The position numbers and the translations under genes were made by a program. Below the pieces are notes generated by a model, which was not told the DNA's origin, ran no database searches, and was given only the letters and a program-made list of their open reading frames with translations. Shown piece after piece: positions 53,823-64,000 of a stretch of 64,000 bases of DNA. Each line of letters begins with the position of its first letter. The stretch's first letter is position 1. The stretch lies in NCBI RefSeq assembly GCF_009914755.1, contig NC_060927.1, one strand, 5' to 3'. This DNA comes from the human T2T-CHM13v2.0 reference genome, Homo sapiens.

Positions 53823-54143
53823 TCTTAAATGCCTGAATATTTATAATCATATAAATTTTCATGCATTATATAATTTATGAGCTACTGTACTTTCACATTA
53901 ATTAAAAATATTAGGAGACTCTAATTTAACCACTTCTGAAGAAATGAATGGCTGATCAGAAAATGTCAAATTACTATCATAAGCCCAAGATTTTATCATA
54001 ATCATGAATAGCATTTAATCATGAATATCATTATTTAACTTTTAAAACCATACTTACAGTTTTAGATTAAAATCCCATATTGAGTCAACAAGACTTTACT
54101 CCAAATTATAGTCACATATGGAAGAAAGGTTTTAATTCAATAT

Positions 54144-54149
54144 TTTATT
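54144..54149 (-). terminator. Proximal polyadenylation signal AATAAA (ATTAAA follows at 54131-54136)
   Basis: Hexamers seen directly ~165 nt after the stop codon. Confidence 0.5.
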
Positions 54150-54314
54150 ATAGTCCACGTATAAAGATAATTTTCATGAGGGTTACATGATGGATAGCTA
54201 GCAAAAGAAATATGCTAGCACAGGGTGGTAACTGCCAACTAAGCATGCACTGAACCAACAGACTACTTCAGTAAGTCCTTGATTATTGCCAGCTTTTCTA
54301 TAATGTTCAGGTTC

Positions 54315-54533
<219 letters not shown>

Positions 54534-54735
54534 TTAAAGAGCACAGATCATTTTGAAATGTATTTTATATAGGCTGATGTATAAGTTAAAATAAACCCTT
54601 AAAAATAAATACAAATTATTCTTTATGGAAGAAATGCATCCTTTGAAACAAAGAAATGATTTTTTCCTTGCATTTGTATTTCACAACAGAAAACATCAGC
54701 CTTTCTGTTACAATGGGATCACACAGGGTTTATTA

Positions 54736-55047
<312 letters not shown>

Positions 55048-55942
55048 CTATAAGGAGTAGGGATGGGGAGAAAGGAACTGTCAGAAAAAATGAAATAGTA
55101 TAGAAAACAAACTTAGTGAAGAATATTACTGTCACAGGGTAGTATGTACAAGTGGTTATTTAAAAACTAACTTTTCCCTGTTGAAAAGGTTCTTACTGCT
55201 AACATTTTTTTTGGCAATTTTTCCCATGGCATCTTTTACCCTAGAAGACAGGTATTATTTGAATGCAGATGTCCCCAAAAAGTGCAATTCTAAAGGACTG
55301 CATTCTAACCAAATTTTGGTAAAACATCTTCTTTTATATTAAGAAGTTCAACTCTTTAAAATGAGTTTTATGACTAATCCTGCTGAAAATGAAGAATCCT
55401 TTTAAATGCAACTACTCTTTAATTTTTATAAGTCTGGATTTTCATATACGCTTTCCTAGTGTGACATGGTATGCTATAGTCTCTAAATCGAGAAAATACC
55501 TGAGCCACTGCTAACTAATGGTTTAAAAGGTGATATCCATGCTCACTTCTCTAAATAGCATGCTCCCTGTTCCTTCATCAACGCCCTTTAGCACATTAAA
55601 TGTATACTATTTAAGGCATCTAAGCCTACTGGCTGCTTCCAGCTCATCCCCTCTCATACTTTTATCTACACTCCTCAAAACATTGCCATGAAAACTGACA
55701 TCCACAGCCTTGGTCTTTCACAGGTCACTCTATTCAACCATGCTCAAACTCTTAAGACTCTGACGCTTCAGTCGTTCATCCCTTACGTCTGAATTCCCAC
55801 AAAATTCTATGTATTTGTTTGAAATAATTCTTGGAAAGAAACCCCTTCCTCACTAATACTGCACTTACTACTACAGTTTGAACTTTACACTTATCTTAAT
55901 GCAATTGACTACTGTTGTACAATTCCAATTGCTCTGATCATA

Positions 55943-56205
55943 TTTTTATTTTCAAGTGTATTATTTTAGACACAGGGTCTCACTCTGTCACCCAGGCTGG
56001 AATGCAGTGGTGCAATCATAGCTCACTGAAGCCTTGAACTCCTGGGTTCAAATGACCCTGTTGTCTCAGCCTCCAACTACCATGCCTGGCTAATTTAAAA
56101 AAATTTTTTAGAGGCAGGGTCTCACTATGTTGCCCAGGCTGGTCTTGAACGCCTGCCTCAGTCTCCTGAGTTGCTGAGATTGTAGGTGTGAGCTACCGTG
56201 CCTGG
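55943..56205 (-). mobile_element. AluJ (internally deleted) in the NGLY1 intron
   Basis: TSD ctctgatca. Confidence 0.85.
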
Positions 56206-56331
56206 CTCTGATCAGATTAATGTTTTAAAATCCCACTCTCTTTATGTTATCTGCCTGGTCTGAAATGTACAGCAAGTACTTGGTTCTTACATTAAGTCTA
56301 ATCTATTAGCTTTAAAAATCCTCCACAATTA

Positions 56332-56640
56332 GGCTGGGCACGGTGGCTCACGCCTGTAATCCCAGCACTTTGGGAGGCTGAGGCAGGTGGATCACGAGGT
56401 CAGGAGATCGAGACCATCCTAACACAGTGAAACCCTGCCTCTACTAAAAATACAAAATATTAGCTGGGCGTGGTGGCAGGCGCCTGTAGTCCCAGCTATT
56501 CAGGAGGCTGAGGCAGGAGAATGGTGTGAACCCGGGGGGCGGAGCTTGCAGTGAGCCGAGACTGCGCCATTGCACTCCAGCCTGGGCGACAGAGCAAGAC
56601 TCCATCTCAAAAAAAAAAAAAAAAAAAAAAAAGAAAAGAA
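56332..56640 (+). mobile_element. AluY in the NGLY1 intron (antisense to the gene)
   Basis: TSD aaaaatcctccacaatt. Confidence 0.95.
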
Positions 56641-56794
56641 AAAATCCTCCACAATTTCATCCCACCTTGAATTGCCAATGCTCCTTTTTATTTTTTTATA
56701 CTATACTCCTTTATACTGCCCATACTCTGACCTATCTTCATCAAATCATAAGCTCTCTGGGGGCACAGTTTCTGGATTCATAAAAGCATTTAGT

Positions 56795-57095
56795 GCCGGG
56801 CACAGTCATTCACACCGGTAATCCCAGCACTTTGGGAGGCTGAGGCAGTCGGATCACTTGAGGTTAGGTGTTCAAGACCAGCCTAGCCAACATGGTGGAA
56901 CCCCATCTCCACTAAAAATACCAAAATTAGCCGGGCATGTTAGTGCACACTTGTAATCCCAGCTACTCGGGAGGCTGATACATGAATATTGCTTGAACTA
57001 GGGAGGCAGAGGTTGCAGTGAGCGGGATGGTGCCACTGCACTCCAGCCCGGGTGACAGAGCGAGACTCTGTCTAAAAAAAAAAATAAAAATAAAA
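56795..57095 (+). mobile_element. AluS in the NGLY1 intron (antisense to the gene)
   Basis: TSD approximately aaaa(g)catttagt. Confidence 0.92.
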
Positions 57096-59719
57096 ACATT
57101 TAGTAAATATTATTAAAGATCTGTATACACACACATATATATATATATATATATATTCATGTTAGACTTGATCTTTTTAGAAACATCTAACTCATACTCT
57201 AGCTCAGGGGCAAATAGTTGAAAGTACCATATAAAACACATCTGCCATGGAATATCCTATTATATGTACTATTCTGTATTCTGGTCTTTACTCATATCAA
57301 GTAAAAAAATCAATCGCCAATAGTATTCTAATCACCATCTATTTGACAACCAACCTATAGCTATTTTTCTTCCAGGTATGCCCATTAATTTAATCTGAAA
57401 ATTTTTAGAATCAGTGAGTTAGAGATTATGTAACAACTGAACAATCACTCTCCAAAGAAAATGTTCTTAAACTACTCAGAGTAGATATGTATAGCCAACT
57501 GTTATTTGTTGTTGACAAACCTAGATGTGGAACTGTCAATTGCTCCACTCAAGTTTGGACAACGCCACTATAACATCCTCTGGTGTTCATATATGTTCCT
57601 ACTGCATGCTCCTCTTACAGCCGCTTGTAAGGAGGATGTGGGACTCAGGACTCCACCAGTGTTCCCCGGGAGTCATTAGTTTCACCCATCCTAAACTATT
57701 AGGCATCTGGGTTACACACAGGTTAACTGCTCCTTTAAAGGAATGGCTAGCAAAGGGGGATATCTGGGAAAGAAGAGCCAAACAGAGAGGTTACTGGAAG
57801 AAAGGTGAATTAAAAGAACTAAAAGACTTAAGGAAAGTAATCTTAAGACATAAACATTAACAGATATACTCAAATTTATCTCTCAATATGCACTTCTATA
57901 TCTTGTATATTTTCAGAGCTCACTAGATTCAAATGTCCCTCAAAAGTGTGGGTATAAAATATGATAGGCTGAAATTACGTTAACTTCAAATCTAGCTTAC
58001 TCCAATAACTGCCTTAATTATATTGTGTGGGTCTGGGTCAGAACTGTGGTTTTAACTGTTTAAGAGAAGGTTTATAGTAGCTGTTGAACATGTCTGACAG
58101 CATTTATTAAAGCCTTAAAATTTTCAGTCCTAAAGGCATCATCAGCTTTTAAGACTCTAGAAAGTTAAAGAATAAGATAGAGTTCATGATTTAATACTTA
58201 AATGTTTAAACATTCAAACATACTATGAGCAAAATAAAAAAGGTCTCTTATGTTAAAGAACAGTATATGGAGATAAAACACCCTATTTATACAGAAAATT
58301 CCTATCATCTTTTTTTGCACAATATATTCTGTCAAAGACTCATTTTTAGAGGTGGTAGAAAGTTACCAAGAATATGTATACTCAGTTTAGTAAATTAAAA
58401 TGTACCACAACAATAGAATTTATAAAAAACCTCCAACTCTGATCCCATCTATGTATAATATGAACACAATCAGTAACTATAATTTATTTAAAAGGAAAAA
58501 AAAAAGCAAACATTCACTTGTTTAGTGTAGAGAAAAAAAATTTTTTTTACAACTGTTGATTGTTCCTAACATCGTGAGTTATTTGATAGACATATTTTTG
58601 CCTGTTGGCTTTAAAAAATTTTTTTAAAATTTATTGTGTGCATTCTGTAAGCTCGGTTTTGTAATGTGTAGGTCTCTAAAAGGTGAGTGTTGCTATCCTA
58701 CTTTAGCAGGAGTGCTAGTAAAGTCAGAAATCATGGAGGTTTTCTCCTGTATTCTATATATACCACCCAACCCCTCCTCCCACCAGTGACCCATCCTTGC
58801 TCCTTGTTGTAAGCACATATGAGCATATACACCCTTTGCGTGAGAACAAGACCTGTGTGTCTACGGTTTAGGCATAAGCCATACTATTCACAATATATAA
58901 AAATAGAACTTGTCTTTAGGTTGTGGCTGTAACCACTATTTTCAGGACTGAGAACAATTTGCATGTTGGCTTTATGTAACTAATATTCTACAGAAGATTT
59001 TGCTCAAAGATTTTTTGATTACTACATGTCAGGCTGCTATGGCTCCCTAGAGGTTCAGTTTGGACTATATTGTTTGAAGCTCTTCTTTAATACACTCTTA
59101 AAATTATTGTTCTACTTAGGCTGCTAAGATTCACTCAAGTTCAGTTCACCATACAGCAAGCACCCTGAAGTCCGTCATTCCCACAGATACCCAGCAAAGC
59201 AGCTGTATTTCAAGGAATCTCAAATTGTTGCTGGTAAACCGGTACTTGCAATGAGTCTTGTTTTTGGTTATTCCATTTTATGTTGAAAATCAAACATGAA
59301 TCCACTCGTAGTTCCCACTGTAAATATTTCTGTGTATACTTCCAATTTATTCCATTTGTAGAATTTGGATAAGAATTTTTAAGATTTCCATGTATACTTC
59401 CAATTTACTCCATTTGTAATAGGAAACTTTCATGGTTGCCTATTACATAATTGCAAGGTAATCAAAGTCTCTGGGACCTGACAATTATTTACCTCTCTAG
59501 TCTCATTTCTCACTATTCTCCTCCATATTCTCTACTTCTCACTTTTTCCTGAATATACCAGATGTCTCTCACCTCAGTGCTTTTGAAGACACTATTTCTC
59601 ATGTCCCCAAACAACCTCCCCTTCCATATCCTGTCCTCATACTAAGAAACTTTCCCTCTTCCTCCTCTCCAAAAGCCAACTCAGATATTACTTCTTCTGC
59701 AAGGCCTTCTCTGACTCAG

Positions 59720-60685
59720 TGTGATATTATGATATGTGTATATATACCTCCAGATTTTCATTCATGGCTCCTGGCTCATAACTCCCATAGCCTTTATTAT
59801 TTCTAAGGCAGGCTATGGAAACTAAAAATATACTCTAATCTCCCCACAACTTGCTTTCTTGGAGCTGACCATAAATAATTTATCTGACCTACCTTGTCTG
59901 ATTATGGGTCATAAAACCCCTATTTCAGAAAATGTCCTGTTCCATACCCTGGAGGTAGAAATGCTGCACAGAGAGACCAAGAAGAATCTGAACAGACAGG
60001 CTTTGCTGGGTTTTGTCAGGCTATTAGTATCAGATCACACCCTTTTTGTCCAATCATATTTCTACATTGTTGTCATGGTTATGAAAATCCAATGAAGTCT
60101 CCATAAAAGGCCTATCAGGACAGGGTTTGGAGAACTTCTGGAGAGCTGATCACATGGAGGTTCCTGGAGGGTGGCACACCCGGGGAGGGCAGAGGGGCTC
60201 CATGTGCCTTCCTATACCTTGCCCTGTGCATCTCTTCATCTGCATCCTTTGTAATATTCTTTATAATAAACCAGTAAACGTGTTTCCCTGAGTTCTATGA
60301 GTCACTCTAGCAAATTAACTGACTCCAAGGAGAGAGTCATAGGAACCTGATTTATAGCCAGTTGGTCAGAAGCACAGGTAAAACAAACTGGAGCTTGTGA
60401 TTGGCATCTGAAGTGGGGAGGGGAGAGTCTTGGGGACTAAACCCTCAACATTTGGTATCTAATGTTATCTCCAGGAAGATCATGTTAGAATTGATTGGAT
60501 TAGAGGTCACTCAGCTGGTTCTGCTGCAGAATTGCTTGCTTGCTTATTTGGGGGAACCCACCCCTCCACATATTTGGTCAGAGGTCTGAGTTGATTGTTG
60601 TAGAGAGAACAGAAAAAAAAAAATACTTGTAGAGTGAACAAAACAAAACAAAATACTTGGAGTATGAGGTTTTTTCCACTCAGAT
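59720..60685. mobile_element. MER21-type solo LTR in the NGLY1 intron
   Basis: Starts tgtgatatt; contains ccttgccctgtgcatctcttc, tttataataaaccagtaaac, gatttatagccagttggtcagaag; tcag flanks on both sides. Confidence 0.75.
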
Positions 60686-63600
60686 TCAGGGTGTTAGTGG
60701 CTCTTGTTTCTGTCTTCTTTCTCTCAGTATCATAAACAAACACATACTCTTCTACCATTTACCCCCATTAATCTAAACAGTTGACCCACATGTCTTTCAC
60801 TTTACCAGCTGATACGCACCTTGAGGCTTGCCTCTTAATTCACCATTACATCAGACTGCCAAGCACAATATTTGACAATGTGCATATTTGCTGAGTGCTG
60901 AATGAATTCTTGACATAATGCCATGCACCCGCCCCCTCACCCCGCCAAAATGCTAAAATGACTGTAGTGACAAAGAGAGGGATAAAACTCATCAAAACCA
61001 AAAAGTATCTAAGACCATCCAAAGGACACTCAACAAAGTGAGGTTCTTACAGTGCTCTACACAGCCCTAGGGTGATGCAGAATTTATGCCACGTACATTT
61101 TTACATTCACCAATCTTTACTAAACACTTACTATGTATCGGGTACTATGCCAGATATATGAATACTGAGAGTACAAAAGTGAGTAGAAAAAGACAAGGTC
61201 TCTCCCTAAGAATTGTTTACAATCTAATGTAAACATTATTAGAGAGAGACAAATAATTTATTTTCATTTCTATTTGTTGAATACATGTCATGAAAGAGAG
61301 GTATATGGTACAATGAATCTATAAAGAGGGAAATGGATTCAATTTGCTGGGACCTGAGGGAGTGAGGCTTGGGCCAAGTGGTAAGGTTAAGAATAAATTA
61401 ATCAAAAAAGAGAAGTATAGGAGGTTCTGTGAAGAAGGGAGAAGGGACAATATATCTGCAATGCAGAGAGCAAGGGGTAGCACAGTGCAAGGCAAAGCCA
61501 GAGAAGAAGGCAAGGACCAGATTTGGAAAAGACGTGGAGCTATGTCTTACTCTAAGAGCACTCAGTTAAGGATTAAGTTTTTGTAAATGTTTCTTTAGCG
61601 AGAGCATGGATCACAGCTTTGAAAGGATTAGGACAGAGGGAGATTAGTTAGGAAGCTATTAATACTGCTTTTATCAAGGTGTTATCACTTGCCTCCCAAA
61701 AAGCGTACTGGTCTTCTTGATTTAGTTTTTATATGCTTTTCAATTCAGACATTACTGAACAATGTTATTTGCTAAATAGCAAATTTTAATCTTTGTGCTC
61801 CTGGGAGGATACCTCTTTGAGAGGTAAAGAATCTGTTCTAAAACTCTGAAAGCAGGCTGCATGTGATCTGTCATGATACCTGGTTGGAGATTACTGAGAA
61901 AAACGGTAGTGAGAAATAGGTTTACTATTCAACAGAGCTAGAAAATCCCTAACTGGGGGCATGCTAGTACAGAACCAGAAATACTGATTTAGATGGAATA
62001 CTTAAGTTATAACGACAATTGTTACTTCCGAGTTATCACTCTCTACAAGTAAAGATTCTAGTATTTTTCTTCATTTGATACTAAATACATGTAGCTAGAA
62101 AGAAATTCACTCAACTTAAAAAAAATGGTACCCTTCATAAAAGTATATCAAGGCATAAGCTTTACTTGAATAGGGGTGTGTTTTCTATTTAATGGCCTTT
62201 GTCTATCATTTACATTATTTAAATCTTTCTCACACTATAGCCCCTCTCTGGCTAAAATGTTCTATTTGGAGATCTTGAAATACGCCACGTACTCCATGCC
62301 TTTTTGTTTCCTTGCCTGATAAACACCTACTCAACCTCCAGTGTCCAGCTCAAATGTCGTCTGCTCAGTGGAGCTTTGCCCAACTCCTACAGCCAAAGCT
62401 AATTACTCCCACCTCACTGTTTCCATAGCAATGTGTTGATATCCTTATTATAGCACTCTGCATCATGGTTAAGATGGCGGTTTATGCTTTGGCTTCCCCT
62501 TTTAGATCGTGAGGTCAGGAATCATCTTTTTGTTTACGTAGCTGAGAATAATGCCTGGCACAACAGTACAAGTTTGCTGATGAACAAATGAGTGTATAAG
62601 ACAAAGAAGAAATACTCCATACAGTAGTTCTGTTTCTTGGCATATCACATCTTCTGTAACACATCACTATTTTCCCCATCATTACTACTTTACTAACATT
62701 GCTGGTTAGGAGGAAACACATGATTTTTCTCCATTTTAGCAAGTATAGACTAGTCATTCGATAAAAAACCCTTTTATTCTATCTTGCTTTCTGTTCAGAG
62801 AAATTCTTAGGCTAAGGATAGTCTTCTAGAAGATGTTCATCCTCTCTCATCAACTGTACAACTAATTACAGGTATCTCGAAATTTTAAATTTTATCTCTA
62901 TTTTTATGCATTTCTTTAGCTAAAGAAGAAAATTCCAAAATTTAGAATAATCCTGTAAGTTACTAATACAAAAATACCTCAACTTTTTTAGTATTAGACA
63001 ATGTGATATAAATGGAGTATTTCTATGTTTAAGCAGCAAGATAAGTTTTTGAACAAAAACTTATGATTGAAAAAGAGAAAAGCAGAGACCTTATCTCTGT
63101 ATGTTTTTGGTAATTTGATTAATGCCTAGTACAGTGACAGCATGTAACAGATGCTCATAAACACTAGCAGCTGTTTATATGTGACTCACTTTTTTAATCT
63201 ATCCAATATATTTTACAAGTGAACAAGTTCCCACTCAAGTATCTTGGTAAATTAACTTTAAAAGCTTCCTATAAGTTAATTAATTCCTATGAAAATCTAT
63301 CAAGAATATGATCAGATCTACTGAGGTCATGTGAATAGCTTTAAGTTTATTTTGGTGTGTTTCTAAGGAGCAGGCAGTTTTAAAGCAAAGCCTCTTATTT
63401 GTTACTGATAGCATGTGACGATAATATGCAACTTGGTATAAATGAACTGCTATAGTCCTAACCTCTACTTAATTATTTTTTTAAGATACAGAGAAGAAAT
63501 AACCAATATTGCTGCTCAATCATCCACATTCTTTGAAGTGAATGCCTGTTAGATGTTTAGCTTTCTGAAACTTTGAACTAAATCTATTATACTCCCTAAA

Positions 63601-63997
63601 TAGCCTGTATTTAATGGGCAATCAATACACATCTGTGAAGGAATTAATTCACAATATAATGTATTTATATATACAGTATCAAATAGAATATATATGTATA
63701 TATGTTCATGCAAAAATCAGTCATATGGATTGATCATACATTTGATTATTTTTTCCCATGAAAGAATTAAATTCATCCTCTTTGATGAAAACAGATACTT
63801 CCTTGATATAAATGCAAGAATTTCTAGTGGACTTTTGATTACATATTGGGGACAGAATTTTCTTTTCCAGGTTATAGGATTACTGAAAATAAGTTTGATA
63901 TATCAGTTTTCATATTTTACACAACTGAAAAATGAAGCCAATCTATATTTGTTTAAACAATGACAAAAGTTTTAAATGGTTTTATGCATTAAGTTAC

Positions 63998-64000
63998 CAT
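63998..64000 (-). CDS. NGLY1: Last codon (Met) of the preceding NGLY1 exon plus splice donor; exon continues beyond window
   Basis: Minus strand reads ATG|GTAACTT. From recall the protein reads ...DWHM-VYLARK with a phase-0 junction, which fits. Only 3 exonic nt are visible. Confidence 0.7.

Larger units (their letters stand above)
53795..54314 (-). other. NGLY1: NGLY1 3'UTR (AU-rich); distal end approximate
   Basis: Follows the TGA. Minus-strand AATAAA at 54144-54149, 53817-53822, 53767-53772 and 53605-53610. Confidence 0.75.

Noticed and set aside
53659-54162. Two gtccacgtat copies (TACGTG hypoxia-element core) near the NGLY1 3' end
   Set aside because: Short motif compatible with chance; no other support.
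59333-59418. 28-bp repeat with 30-bp spacer resembling CRISPR
   Set aside because: Only two copies, eukaryotic intron, no cas genes or leader.

Overview
Repeat-rich primate DNA, almost certainly human. The only protein-coding gene is the 3' end of NGLY1 (peptide:N-glycanase) on the minus strand: last exon 54315-54490, penultimate exon 54870-55047, probably the last codon of the preceding exon at 63998-64000, and a 3'UTR with several poly(A) signals. From recalled gene order (not shown by the sequence), bases 1-350 are the edge of the TOP2B promoter CpG island on 3p24. The intervening ~53 kb contains about 26 Alus, several L1s, solo LTRs (MER52, MST, MLT1; a MER21-type LTR lies in the NGLY1 intron), hAT MITEs, L2/MIR relics, a G-rich VNTR and a CRIP1 processed pseudogene. 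I found no new gene system, and nearly all ORFs in the track are repeat-derived noise. The most unusual structure is a composite L1 (33079-36910). It is best explained as a young pre-Ta-type L1 carrying a polyadenylated 3' transduction that inserted into an older L1 and fused to it by homology. Other leads are an intronic poly(A) site and a candidate poison exon in NGLY1, CpG retention in the CRIP1 retrocopy, a twin-primed L1, and a four-layer nested insertion. Repeat subfamily names are by eye and boundaries are approximate.
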